Shown here: one piece after another, positions 1 through 10,023 of the stretch
Numbering within the stretch: the stretch's first letter is position 1
Layout: the number at the start of each line of letters is the position of its first letter
Source of the DNA: Candidatus Latescibacterota bacterium
GTDB taxonomy: Bacteria > Latescibacterota > UBA2968 > UBA8231
NCBI GenBank assembly: GCA_965261395.1
Contig: OZ253462.1
Coordinates: 3,936,001-4,000,000 of the forward strand
DNA: 64,000 nt
Direction of reading: 5' to 3'
The notes under the pieces: model-generated
The model's database searches: none
What the model saw: only the letters and a program-made list of their open reading frames with translations
Told to the model about the DNA's origin: nothing
Program-made: the position numbers and the translations under genes

Positions 1-214
1 CCTGCAGGATCGGCTCGGACTTAATGGCCTCCTCGATCTCAAAGCGGATGCCAAGCGGGGCGTCATAAAGTTCCAGCTCACCGTGCCGACTGGAGCCACG
101 GTGTCCTGGAAAGACGTCGATCATGTCAACCAGCGGACTCCAGGCGCCCGTGTTCAGGCGAATGCGGGGCGGGCGGCGTCTGGGAGCCTTTTTTTCGTTG
201 CTGCGATCAGTCAT
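1..214 (-). CDS. Hypothetical protein, N-terminal part (runs off the window's left edge)
   Basis: Manual translation of the reverse strand from ATG at 214 gives MTDRSNEKKAPRRRPPRIRLNTGAWSPLVDMIDVFPG...IRFEIEEAIKSEPILQ, open to position 1. Confidence 0.65.
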   Translation of the reverse strand, partial: MTDRSNEKKAPRRRPPRIRLNTGAWSPLVDMIDVFPGHRGSSRHGELELYDAPLGIRFEIEEAIKSEPILQ

Positions 215-415
215 CGGGGCAATCTCTCGGTGAGGGTGGCAGTGTAGTGGACCCGGAAGACTGGATCACTGGTTAAGGTGAAACTATCTTACCGGGGAAG
301 GACCGGGTCCACCTCCATATCGGTTGAAAGATAAGATATCCATTTGCCTTTCAACAAGGCACCCGATCCTGTGCAGACATCCCGCCCTCCTTGCCTCTGC
401 TGAAAGGAAAATCCC

Positions 416-1681
416 ATGAAAGTCACCAATGTCGAACGCATTATCGTCGATGTCCCGTTCACGCCTAGACAGCAGGAGATAACCCGCCAGTCGGTTTACA
501 ACTGGTCCATCCTCGAGCTGTGTAAGGTCACCACCGACACGGGCCACGTAGGCTGGGGAGAGACCGTCATTCACTATACCTACGGCCGGGTGACCGATGA
601 TGCGGTTGCGCGCACAATCGGCCAAAGCCCGGCCGACCTGATGAACGAAGACAGCTTAGGTGCTGGTTTGCAGATGGCGCTGTTGGACGTGGTCGGCAAG
701 ATACTCGAAGTCCCGGTGCACCGGCTGCTGGGTACCAAAATGCGCGACTGGACGCCGATCTCTTGGTGGTGCAGTCACTCCTCACCGGAAAATTGGGCCG
801 CCGAAGCAGCCGAGGCCGTGGCGCAAGGGTACACCAATCTCAAGAACAAACCGAGGCCCTGGAACGACATCGTCGCGCAAGTTGACGCCGTAAGCAAGGT
901 GGTGCCCCCTCATTTCCATCTCGATCTCGATCCCAACGGCTCCTGGGAAAACGCGGCCAACGCCATTCCGATCATCAAGAGGCTCGAGCGCTACGAAAAC
1001 GTGGCCATGTTCGAAACGCCCATCCCGCAGGAGGACATTCTCGGCAATCGCCAGATTCGCCAGGCCGTGAACAGGCCGGTGGCCATGCACTTTGGTTCGC
1101 CGCCGTTTATCACGGCGGTGCGCGAGGAAGTTTGCGACGGCTTTGTGATTGGGGGCGGAAAATCACTGACCATGCGCCAGGGGCAATGCGCCGCGGAAGT
1201 TTCCATGCCGTTCTGGTTGCAGATCGTCGGCAATGGATTGACGACCACGTGGGACGCCCATCTCGGCTCGGTGCTAACGCACGCCCGGTGGCCGGCTATT
1301 AGCTGTATCAATATGTACAGCCACCATCTACTGACCGAGCCTGTTCAGGTGATCAACGGGCACCAGCGGGTCCCCGACGGGCCTGGCCTCGGCGTCGAGG
1401 TTGATGAGGCGGCGGTTGAGCAATACCGCGTGCGGCAGGAGACGCTCGATGAACATGCGCGTCAGGGGCAGCTCTACACCCACCCCAAACCGCGGCTGAT
1501 CAACACCATCGTCTACCCGGACGGCACCTGCATACACATGGACTACCCCAGCGCGCCGGGAACCTATGTGGAGGGAGTGCACACCGAAATCTGGGAGGAC
1601 GATGGCTCGCAAGAATGGCAGAACCTGCACCAGCGCGTCCAAAAGGAGAAGCAGGTGGTCAGTCGGTGGGAGGAGCCGTAG
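416..1681 (+). CDS. Mandelate racemase/muconate lactonizing enzyme family protein (enolase superfamily)
   Basis: N-terminal TDTGHVGWGE, KxK motif (LKNK), metal ligands DxN and ExP, C-terminal PDGPGLGVEVD; AAGGA RBS. Confidence 0.85.
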   Translation: MKVTNVERIIVDVPFTPRQQEITRQSVYNWSILELCKVTTDTGHVGWGETVIHYTYGRVTDDAVARTIGQSPADLMNEDSLGAGLQMALLDVVGKILEVPVHRLLGTKMRDWTPISWWCSHSSPENWAAEAAEAVAQGYTNLKNKPRPWNDIVAQVDAVSKVVPPHFHLDLDPNGSWENAANAIPIIKRLERYENVAMFETPIPQEDILGNRQIRQAVNRPVAMHFGSPPFITAVREEVCDGFVIGGGKSLTMRQGQCAAEVSMPFWLQIVGNGLTTTWDAHLGSVLTHARWPAISCINMYSHHLLTEPVQVINGHQRVPDGPGLGVEVDEAAVEQYRVRQETLDEHARQGQLYTHPKPRLINTIVYPDGTCIHMDYPSAPGTYVEGVHTEIWEDDGSQEWQNLHQRVQKEKQVVSRWEEP

Positions 1682-1718
1682 CGACTGTCTCCCGAAAGAG
1701 CCGGCGATTCCTCGACGA

Positions 1719-3389
1719 TTAGCTGGTCACCGCCCCTTGGGCCGCCGACGACACCGAGCGGGCGTATTTGGCCATCACGCCGGAGGTGTAGCGCGGCGGC
1801 GGGGCCTCCCAGGCGGCTAGGCGGGCCTGAAGCTCAGCTTCGTCTAGCGCTACGTCCAAACGGCCGGTCGTGGTGTCGATGGTGATGGTATCGCCGTCGT
1901 GCAGGACGGCGAGGGGGCCGCCCACCGCGGCTTCGGGAGCGACGTGGCCAATCATCAGGCCGCGGGTGGCACCCGAAAAGCGGCCATCGGTGACTAAGGC
2001 TACGGAGTCGCCCAGACCCGCTCCCACAATGGCACCGGTGACGGCTAGCATCTCGCGCATCCCAGGCCCACCCTTGGGTCCTTCGTAGCGGATAACCACC
2101 ACATCGCCGGGCTGGATCTGGCCCTGCTCAATGGCTGGCATGACCTCGTCCTCGCTGTCGAAGACGCGGGCCGGGCCTTGGTGCTGGGCGCGTTCGTGGC
2201 CGGCCAATTTCACCACTGCGCCTTCGGGGGCGAGGTTGCCCTTTAGCACGACTAACCCACCCGATTTTTTCAGCGGTTTATCGACTGGAACCACGACCTG
2301 CTGGCCGGGGGTTTCCACGGCGCGGTCGGCTTCTTGGCCAATGGTGCGGCCCGATACCGTGAGGGCGTCCTCGTGCAACAGGCCGGTTTCTTTGAGGCGG
2401 CGGGCCACCAAGGCGATGCCGCCGGCTTTGTCCAAGTCGGGGGCGACGAAGCGGCCGCCGGGCTTGAGATCGACCATGAGTGGGGTGGAGCTGCTCAAGG
2501 TCTGGAAATCCTCAAGGTCCAATTCCAATCCGGCCTCCCGGGCGATGGCCAGAAAATGCAGCACGCCGTTGGTCGAGCCGCCGGTGGTGGCAATGGAGCG
2601 GATGGCGTTGTCGAGGGCGGGGCGGGTGATGATCTGCGAGGGTTTGCGATTTTGGCGCACCAAGTCGACGGCTAGGGTCCCGACTTGGGTGCCGACGGCT
2701 TCCTTGCGCGGGTCGGTGGCCGGTACCGAGCCCGAGCCCATGAGGGCCACGCCCAAGATCTCGGCTGCAGTGGCCATGGTATTGGCGGTGAATTGACCGC
2801 CGCAGGACCCGGCTCCGGGGCAGGCGTTTTCCTCGATGAGGCGCAATTGGTCGTCGTCGATGCGGCCGGTGGCATGGGCGCCGATGGCTTCGTACACGTC
2901 TTGGATGGTGATGTCGGCTTGGTTGTGGCGGCCGGGCATAATCGAGCCGCCGTAGAGCAGCACCGAGGGGATGTCCAAGCGGCACATGGCCATAATGGCC
3001 CCTGGGGTGGTTTTGTCGCAGCCGGTGAGGGCGACAAAGCCGTCGAGCATGTGACCGCGCACCACCAGTTCCATGGAGTCGGCGATGACTTCGCGCGAAA
3101 TGAGCGAGGTCTTCATGCCTTCGGTACCCATGGTGATGCCGTCGGAGATCACCACCGTATTGAATTCGAGGGGGGTGCCGCCGGCACGGCGGATGCCGGC
3201 CTTGACGTGCTCGGCTAGGCGGCGCAGGCCAAAATTGCAGGGGCCCAGTTCGGTCCAGGTATTGGCGATGCCGATGAGGGGTTTGCGCAGGGCCTCGGCG
3301 TCGAAGCCGGCGGCCCGGTACATGGCGCGGGCTCCGGCCCGGGACGGGCCTTGGGTGATGTGCTTGCTGATGGGGGTGGAGTCGGTCAT
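1719..3389 (-). CDS. ilvD: Dihydroxy-acid dehydratase
   Basis: PCN, SDGITMG, GCDKT, CGGQFTANTM, GGSTN, GPKGGPGMREM and TDGRFSG motifs. Confidence 0.95.
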   Translation of the reverse strand: MTDSTPISKHITQGPSRAGARAMYRAAGFDAEALRKPLIGIANTWTELGPCNFGLRRLAEHVKAGIRRAGGTPLEFNTVVISDGITMGTEGMKTSLISREVIADSMELVVRGHMLDGFVALTGCDKTTPGAIMAMCRLDIPSVLLYGGSIMPGRHNQADITIQDVYEAIGAHATGRIDDDQLRLIEENACPGAGSCGGQFTANTMATAAEILGVALMGSGSVPATDPRKEAVGTQVGTLAVDLVRQNRKPSQIITRPALDNAIRSIATTGGSTNGVLHFLAIAREAGLELDLEDFQTLSSSTPLMVDLKPGGRFVAPDLDKAGGIALVARRLKETGLLHEDALTVSGRTIGQEADRAVETPGQQVVVPVDKPLKKSGGLVVLKGNLAPEGAVVKLAGHERAQHQGPARVFDSEDEVMPAIEQGQIQPGDVVVIRYEGPKGGPGMREMLAVTGAIVGAGLGDSVALVTDGRFSGATRGLMIGHVAPEAAVGGPLAVLHDGDTITIDTTTGRLDVALDEAELQARLAAWEAPPPRYTSGVMAKYARSVSSAAQGAVTS

Positions 3390-3627
3390 GGCGCGTGCTT
3401 TCTATGGCAGATTGAGGATGAATTGCGGTTCGTCAAAATCTGAGTGTTATAACATAAATCACTTTTGGGCGGGGGAACAAAAGCCGGCGGAGTAGCGTCT
3501 GAGTTTTACCCCGTCAACTAGGGGCGAAACTTTGCTGCTGGACTCTGTTCACTGTGCTGCGAATGCTGTTTCGGAGTACCTTTATCGCTGTTGCGGTATT
3601 GCCCTTTGCCCTTCAAAGGAGGTCGTC

Positions 3628-4350
3628 ATGCACCAGTTTCTGTCGTCTATCGCGTTCCTCTACCTGCTTGCCCTGCCGCTCGCCGCCCAAGAAGAGGCCC
3701 TTCATGGCACTTGGGAGGGGACCTTTGTCGATGATGAAATCGGCGGGGGGACCATGCGCCTGACCTTCCAAGCGGATGGCACCTTTGACTTTGATCTGTT
3801 CGTCGAGGAACCAATAGACCCCCTGACCGGTGATGAAGTCGAAGTCCCGGATGAACTCTTGGATGAATTGACGGAAGTTATAGAAGTGTTCTCTGCCCTA
3901 GAGGGGATCTCCGCCCACGGCGGCACGTATCAAGTCTCGGGCGACAGCCTCTGGGTATATAATGATAGCGTGGTCGAATACATCGTCGATGGTGAGAGCG
4001 TCGACGTCGTCGAGTTCTGGACTCCGTTCATCCGCTTCTCTGCCCGTTTTTTTGCGGCATTTGCTGCGGCGTTTGAAGAAGTCTCCGAAGAGGACTACCC
4101 GGCGTTTGAACAGGCGATTTTCGACCAGATGCTCGCTGAGATGCTCGCTGAGTTAGATGAGGAACCGCTCGGACTCGGACTCACGCTGAGCGGCACCTAC
4201 GCCATCGAGGGTGCCACTCTGTTCATCACTACTACTACGGAGGAGGATGGGGTCGAAACCGTCGAAACCGTGGAATTCCACCGAGTTGATGTCGCCAGCG
4301 CTGTCGCCCAAACTAGCTGGGGCAGTCTGAAAGCGGCTTGGCGTCGGTGA
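3628..4350 (+). CDS. Acidic secreted hypothetical protein with C-terminal SWGxLK motif
   Basis: AAGGAGG RBS before ATG 3628; signal peptide MHQFLSSIAFLYLLALPLAA; very D/E-rich; ends SAVAQTSWGSLKAAWRR. Confidence 0.8.
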   Translation: MHQFLSSIAFLYLLALPLAAQEEALHGTWEGTFVDDEIGGGTMRLTFQADGTFDFDLFVEEPIDPLTGDEVEVPDELLDELTEVIEVFSALEGISAHGGTYQVSGDSLWVYNDSVVEYIVDGESVDVVEFWTPFIRFSARFFAAFAAAFEEVSEEDYPAFEQAIFDQMLAEMLAELDEEPLGLGLTLSGTYAIEGATLFITTTTEEDGVETVETVEFHRVDVASAVAQTSWGSLKAAWRR

Positions 4351-4399
4351 GCTTCCCTTAGCATCGCTCCTACAATTGAAGTTCTAGCCGTGGTCTGCT

Positions 4400-5431
4400 T
4401 CAGTCGATAAGTACTTTTTCGCGGCGTTGGGCGCTGTCGTACAAGGCGTCGAGTATTTGCATGAAGTGATAGGCGTCTTGGGCATCGACATCGGCTTTGA
4501 CTTGGCCGGCTACGGCGCGGGCGAAGTGTTCGATTTCGTGGTAGAAGAACAGGCCGTCCGCGGGCGGTTGGGTGTGGGGCATATCCGATTCTGCGGCGGC
4601 TTCCCGCGCGGTGAATTGCCCGTCTTCCCAGTGCCATATAACCCCCTGAGATAGGGCACCCTCGCTGCCGTATAATTCCACGGTCGTGGGGGTGTCGCAG
4701 TGCAGCCAGCGCGAGCAGTCTATCTGGATGGTCTTGTCGCCTTCCAGGCCGACCAAGCCGGAAAAATAATCTTCGGCCGCGCCCTCGGGGCCGTGGTACA
4801 GCGGCTCAAGGGTATGCTTGACGGCAAAGGCCCACTGCGGCTTGGGACAGCCCATCCACCACCAAGCTAGGTCGAGTTCGTGCGAGGCGTGCTGGCCTAG
4901 GGCACCGCCCTTGTGACCATACACATTGGTCCAGCCTTCAAAGCTGTCGGCCGACGGGTGCGAATTGAATTTGAGGAAAATGCGGGCGTGGTACGGCTCG
5001 CCGATGCAGCCTCCTTGTACTGCGACACGCAATTTGCGGTTGTGGGGAAAGTGGCGCATGAAGTAGCAGAATTGCAGCGTGGTGCCAGCGCGCTCGGCGG
5101 CCGCGGCGAATTCCAAGATGTGCGCGGCCCGCACCGCGTGCGGCTTTTGCACCAAGACGTGTTTGCCGGCGGCAAAAGCGTCCATGACCATGAGGTAGCG
5201 AGCGGGCGGATTGACGGCTAGGTACACAGCCTGCACTTGGTCGTCGGCCAGCAGGTCTTGGTAGGGGCCGTATTGGCGCGGTACACTTTCTTCGCTGGCG
5301 ACGCGGTTGCGGCGCGGCTCGTCTAGATCGGCCAAAGCAACGACATCGACTAGGGAGCTGGCCTGCGCCGCTTTGACGGCCTGCTGGCCGGCCCAGCCGC
5401 AGCCGACGACGCCGAGTTTGAGCAGTTCCAT
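4400..5431 (-). CDS. Gfo/Idh/MocA family oxidoreductase
   Basis: GVVGCGWAG Rossmann motif; GKHVLVQKP (variant of the EKP motif); GGAL..H.SHELD. Confidence 0.9.
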   Translation of the reverse strand: MELLKLGVVGCGWAGQQAVKAAQASSLVDVVALADLDEPRRNRVASEESVPRQYGPYQDLLADDQVQAVYLAVNPPARYLMVMDAFAAGKHVLVQKPHAVRAAHILEFAAAAERAGTTLQFCYFMRHFPHNRKLRVAVQGGCIGEPYHARIFLKFNSHPSADSFEGWTNVYGHKGGALGQHASHELDLAWWWMGCPKPQWAFAVKHTLEPLYHGPEGAAEDYFSGLVGLEGDKTIQIDCSRWLHCDTPTTVELYGSEGALSQGVIWHWEDGQFTAREAAAESDMPHTQPPADGLFFYHEIEHFARAVAGQVKADVDAQDAYHFMQILDALYDSAQRREKVLID

Positions 5432-5437
5432 TATTCC

Positions 5438-6259
5438 TCATTCCTCCAGCCATTGGTGATAGCGCGTCAGGGCTTCTGCCTGCAGGTCGTCCCACTCGGT
5501 CAGGAGTACCAAGCGAATGGTGAACGTCAGGTGTTGGCCAGCTTGGACATCGTCGCCGCCCAAGTGGAAGTACTGGGCGTTGTGATAGCTGTTGTAACCC
5601 GACAGGCCCAGGCAGTCAGCGGGCCGCGCCATGAGTAGAATGGCGTGGCCGTAGCGGTGCTCTTGCAGAGTCAGGGCATGGGCGTAGTACGGCCCCCGAC
5701 GCCAGTTGAGAGGATAGCCGTCGAGCCAGCGGCCGTCGCGGAACACGGCTTCGGCGTCTTCATCGCGCGCCCACGATTCGGCCTCATTGCGGCCGTACCA
5801 CTGCTTTTGGTACCAAGTGACGCCTTCGGGGTGGGTGCGGTCGTCCTGCACGGGAAAGTACGGCGTGTAGTGGGGGGTAAAATAATTGGCGATAAAGAGT
5901 TCAAAACGTCGATAATCGGCTGCTAGGCGGGCGCTGAAGGTGGCGTCGAGGCTATCGGGTCCAGCGATGCGGTAGCGCGCTTGCAATTCGGCTTGCACCG
6001 CAGGGCAGGTCGCCCAGCGCACCGCGACGCTATCGCCTTCCTGGGCCACCTGATCTGGGGTGCGCTCGCGCGTGATTTCGAGTTGGCGGCCGTCGGCTAG
6101 GGTGCGGTAGATATTGAGCCAAGCAAAGTCGGGCCCCTCGTCGAGGTGAAAGCTGGTCAGGCCGGTCAGACGCAAGCCCTCGGGGCCGAGGACGGTGGCG
6201 ATACCTCGACCCAGAGGGGCTTGGAAAAGAGCGGGACGGGAGACGCGGGCAAAGGCCAT
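5438..6259 (-). CDS. Hypothetical protein (aromatic-rich, possibly a beta-sandwich/mutarotase-like fold)
   Basis: 273-aa ORF with GAGG RBS, ending 6 bp upstream of the oxidoreductase; no recognised motif. Confidence 0.65.
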   Translation of the reverse strand: MAFARVSRPALFQAPLGRGIATVLGPEGLRLTGLTSFHLDEGPDFAWLNIYRTLADGRQLEITRERTPDQVAQEGDSVAVRWATCPAVQAELQARYRIAGPDSLDATFSARLAADYRRFELFIANYFTPHYTPYFPVQDDRTHPEGVTWYQKQWYGRNEAESWARDEDAEAVFRDGRWLDGYPLNWRRGPYYAHALTLQEHRYGHAILLMARPADCLGLSGYNSYHNAQYFHLGGDDVQAGQHLTFTIRLVLLTEWDDLQAEALTRYHQWLEE

Positions 6260-6441
6260 ACAATCCTCATTTCACAGGTAAAAGTTGCCGTTCGGAGAAC
6301 TCGTTCCAGCCGAAGCCGTCATGCGATCCGCCTGTTCACCGGCCGGAAGCAATTGCGTTTGTAGGGTAAGTTTACATTGATTACTCAAGTGAGCAAGAAA
6401 AAGGAAGAGCTTTTACAGACCATCCCTTAAGGAATAATCCG

Positions 6442-7485
6442 ATGAAATTCATCTACTTCACCGACATTCACCTCGACTCCGGGATAGACGCCTTCCGGGG
6501 ATTTGAGTTGTGTGTGGAATCGATGCTGGAGCATCAGCCTGAAGTCCTGATCAATGGCGGCGACTTGGGCCTCACGCCCGAGGTGCTAGCGCAATACGCC
6601 CAGACCATGGAGAGGGTATCTGTGCCGGTGCTGTTGAGCCACGGCAACCACGAGATGTGCAGCGGTTATCTGCCTCGGGAGCAAGGGGGGACGGCGCACG
6701 CCAGCGCCGATATTAGCGGCGTCCATTTTGTGCTGCTGGACGTGGTGCGCTATTTCGAGCCGACCGAGGATCATCCGTCCAACTGGCACGTCTTGGCCGA
6801 CGAGGGTCTGTTGGAGTGGCTGGCCGCGGATTTGGCGGAGGTGGACCGGGCTACGTCACTGGTGGTGGCCAGCCACGTGCCTCTATCGACGACCTTTCCA
6901 CAGCGCTCGGGTCAGGTGCCGGACATGGCCTTTCCCACCAATGAGATTGCCGGGGCGCGGCGCTTGCTGACGCTATTGCAGCCCTTTGAGCGGGTGATCA
7001 CCTTGCACGGCCACAGCCACGAAAACGACCGCCACTTCGTCGGCTCTATGGAGGTTATGACCACCGCGGCGGTGGCGGGCAATTGGTGGAGGACGGGGCT
7101 GGAAAGCCGCGGCCCGCAAGGACGCGAACCGCAGGGATATCGGGTGGTCGAGGTCGATGCGGAAGGGGGTTTCAGGAGCCAGTATCACGCCTTCCAGCCA
7201 CACCAGGACGAGGCGGTGGAACTGTGTCGGCATCAGGATTCGGGTCGCCGCTTTGTCAATGTGTTCGATGGTTCGCCGCGCACGCAGGTTGAGGTGGGGG
7301 ACTTGGGGCCATTAGCCCCGATCGATCCGCTGGCCGAATCGTCGCGCGATCTGGCGACGCATCTGTGGGAGTTGCCGACCGATTTTGATCGGCAGCAGGT
7401 GGAGGTGCGGGTGGTCTTTGAGGATGGGCGGGCGTGCGAAGGGGTGCTGGAGGAGCGGGTGTGGGAGTCAGCTACCCAAGCCTAA
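6442..7485 (+). CDS. Calcineurin-like metallophosphoesterase
   Basis: DxH (TDIH), GD, GNHE, H and GHSH metal-binding motifs in canonical order. Confidence 0.9.
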   Translation: MKFIYFTDIHLDSGIDAFRGFELCVESMLEHQPEVLINGGDLGLTPEVLAQYAQTMERVSVPVLLSHGNHEMCSGYLPREQGGTAHASADISGVHFVLLDVVRYFEPTEDHPSNWHVLADEGLLEWLAADLAEVDRATSLVVASHVPLSTTFPQRSGQVPDMAFPTNEIAGARRLLTLLQPFERVITLHGHSHENDRHFVGSMEVMTTAAVAGNWWRTGLESRGPQGREPQGYRVVEVDAEGGFRSQYHAFQPHQDEAVELCRHQDSGRRFVNVFDGSPRTQVEVGDLGPLAPIDPLAESSRDLATHLWELPTDFDRQQVEVRVVFEDGRACEGVLEERVWESATQA

Positions 7486-7534
7486 AGGCAAAGAGCTTGT
7501 CCCTGCTTTTCCCAGCCGCTCTAACATCCAGCGG

Positions 7535-8884
7535 CTAAGGCTTTCGTAGTTCCACCACAGCTTCATGGAGTTGGTGGGCGTCTTTGGCCTTGGCGACTCG
7601 TACATCGGACTTAATGATGCTGTTGCCCACGCGGGTGGCTCTAGGTATATGGATATCTACCAGTTCTAGCCCGGCGGCTTCAGCAATCGTACCCAGAAAG
7701 CGGTCCGTAGGCACCATTATTCCTTGCAGGATGCTGTTGCCGATCACCGCCAAGGCTGTTCCACCTGGCTTGAGCGCGTAATGAGCTGATTCGGAGAAGC
7801 GGTAGCAATCATTGAAGTACGAGGCGGCGTAATTGGCCCAGCCGTTGCCGCCGTACACGCCTTTTTCCGGGTGTTTTTTTCGTAGCGTCTCCAAGCATCC
7901 TTGGATTTCTAGATCATCTAGTTCAAAGTCGAGGTCTACGCACTCCTTATCCCGGACCGTTTGCCAGAATTTGCCAAAATTTTGCTCTTCTAGTGGCTTG
8001 AGGTCGCGGGGGGCCTCTGCAAATCCCAACCAGTAGAGGTGAGGCCGGGTATTGCGGTTGTAGTGATAGTTGTTCAAATAGGGGGGCGAGGTGATGAGCA
8101 CATCTACTGAGGCGGCGGCAAGGTGGTCTTTGCAGGTAAAGAAAGACTCGGGAAATACCTCGTTGTCGGGATGTGCGCCGTTCAACTGTCCCTTCATCCA
8201 CTCGATATCCTGGGCCATATCCGTGAGTTTCTGAGCAATCGTCTCTCCCACGGGAAAATCCTCAATATCAGCTTTGCCAGCCGTAGATCTGCGGCCCAGA
8301 CTCGGCTCGTAGGAGTAATTCGAGTAGGTGATCATGGTTGCCCCAAAGGCAACCCGAAAGAGGTCTTGTAACAGGCCGTCTTCTAGATCCGCTATGAAGT
8401 CCTGCACGCCGAGCACTTTGTGCAGGACTTTGGGGCTGTAGAATACGCCTCGGGTTTTAAAACCTGGCGGTGGGGTACTGTGCGGTGTGTAGGTGTCCTC
8501 AGACGCCAATTCGTAGAATGTCCAGAACCTCGTGAGCATTGCCCGCACGGTCTGTGGATCGAGGGTACAGGCATTCAGTTTGGTCCGGCAGGCTAGCGCC
8601 GCATAGGGATTGATCTCAAATCCTAGGGCATGATGTCCTGAGAGGATGGCTTCGACTAGGGTCGTCCCTACTCCGGCGAAAGGATCAAGCACCGTCCCCT
8701 GAGTTGGCAGATAGCGCTTGAGGGCGTCCTGGACAAACTGCTGAGAGTATCCGGCAATCCACGGCACCCAGCGGTGGATGGGAAGACGCTTGTTGCCGGA
8801 AAAGGCCGGGTCACTGAAAACCGAGCCGTTATCCGTCGCGTCCTTCTCATTGAACAACGACGCCTGTGATACTCTATGCTCCAT
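7535..8884 (-). CDS. Orphan amino-DNA methyltransferase (likely N4-cytosine, alpha motif order)
   Basis: SAM-binding DPFAGVGT precedes catalytic TSPPY; no restriction endonuclease gene on either side. Confidence 0.85.
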   Translation of the reverse strand: MEHRVSQASLFNEKDATDNGSVFSDPAFSGNKRLPIHRWVPWIAGYSQQFVQDALKRYLPTQGTVLDPFAGVGTTLVEAILSGHHALGFEINPYAALACRTKLNACTLDPQTVRAMLTRFWTFYELASEDTYTPHSTPPPGFKTRGVFYSPKVLHKVLGVQDFIADLEDGLLQDLFRVAFGATMITYSNYSYEPSLGRRSTAGKADIEDFPVGETIAQKLTDMAQDIEWMKGQLNGAHPDNEVFPESFFTCKDHLAAASVDVLITSPPYLNNYHYNRNTRPHLYWLGFAEAPRDLKPLEEQNFGKFWQTVRDKECVDLDFELDDLEIQGCLETLRKKHPEKGVYGGNGWANYAASYFNDCYRFSESAHYALKPGGTALAVIGNSILQGIMVPTDRFLGTIAEAAGLELVDIHIPRATRVGNSIIKSDVRVAKAKDAHQLHEAVVELRKP

Positions 8885-8960
8885 CCTGACCCTTTCTTAG
8901 CCTTTATCAAACATTGTCAGAATCCCATGAAACCTCGTCAACCCTTGCGAGGCATTGAGA

Positions 8961-10010
8961 TTACCAATCTCGGCGGCCGACGTACAGGCTCCGATTGGTC
9001 ATTGGGAGCGCGACGCGTTGCCCGCCCAATCGGTGCGATTCGATCATGCCCATCAACATCTCCTGGCTCCGGCGAGCGAGGTGAACCGGCCCCTTGGTCT
9101 CGCGGTCCGTATCAATCGCCTCTGCGATGTCCGCGATGCCCATCACTGTTCCGGTGGTGCGGGGTACGTCTGGGAACGGTACCTCTTCAAAGAAGATGTG
9201 ACTCTTTTTGCGGAATTGGCATTCTCGGCTGTTGTTGAGGATGCGGATCTTCCCTTCGCTACCGCAGACCTCGAATTCGGGACCGGTGCCCGCCGTGTTA
9301 TAGCCGTGGACGCCATTGGCAAAACGGACGTAGCCACCGGTAATCGCCGGATCGACGTCCAGCCGATTGCCATCCCAATCCGAATCTCTACAGACGATGG
9401 TTCCCTGGACGAATTCGACTTCCGGGTCGCTGGCGAGGAAGAGCAGCATATCGGCGGCGTGCGTCAAGCCCCAGAGGGCCGAACTCGCGCCGTATTGTGC
9501 GATCGTGCACTGGATATTTCCGATTTCGCCGGCATCCACCAATTCGCGCACCTTGCGATAGACCGGCATATAGCGGCGTTGCGTACCGTAGTTGAATTTG
9601 ACCCCGTACCTTTGGACGACGGCGACCATCGCATCCGCTTCCTCCATCGAACAGCAGAGCGGCTTTTCGCAGTAGATGCCCTTGACGTCGTTCTCAGCGG
9701 CGAAGACCGTGATGTCCGCATGCGGTCCGGGTCGGGTGGCGATGCAGACGATGTCCGGCTTCTCCTTTTCAATCATCTGTCGATAGTCGGTGTAGGCGCG
9801 CTCGGCACCGTAGCGTTGCCGTATGGATTCCGCTTTCTCGGCGGCCACGTCCGCAACCGCGACGAGGTCGGTTCTGTCGCAGGCGACAGCGGCTGCGGCG
9901 TGCGAGAACGGTTGCCACAGATAGCTATCTGGACGGCCTTCGACTTCGTCGTCAATTGTCGCGCCCATCCGTCCACATCCGATCAGGCAGGCTCTGTAGG
10001 TGCGCGGCAT
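8961..10010 (-). CDS. Gfo/Idh/MocA family oxidoreductase
   Basis: IGCGRMG and YCEKP motifs; start moved to ATG 10010 (MPRTYRAC), which follows an AGGAG RBS. Confidence 0.9.
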   Translation of the reverse strand: MPRTYRACLIGCGRMGATIDDEVEGRPDSYLWQPFSHAAAAVACDRTDLVAVADVAAEKAESIRQRYGAERAYTDYRQMIEKEKPDIVCIATRPGPHADITVFAAENDVKGIYCEKPLCCSMEEADAMVAVVQRYGVKFNYGTQRRYMPVYRKVRELVDAGEIGNIQCTIAQYGASSALWGLTHAADMLLFLASDPEVEFVQGTIVCRDSDWDGNRLDVDPAITGGYVRFANGVHGYNTAGTGPEFEVCGSEGKIRILNNSRECQFRKKSHIFFEEVPFPDVPRTTGTVMGIADIAEAIDTDRETKGPVHLARRSQEMLMGMIESHRLGGQRVALPMTNRSLYVGRRDW

Positions 10011-10023
10011 AATTTCTCCTTTA

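Noticed and set aside
165-196. GC-rich stretch followed by a T-run, resembling a terminator
   Set aside because: No good stem, and it lies inside the minus-strand ORF where it encodes EKKAPRRRPP
4363-4375. ATCGCTCCTACA, resembling half of a GTAGGAGCG-type REP element
   Set aside because: Only one arm is present and no second copy was seen in the window
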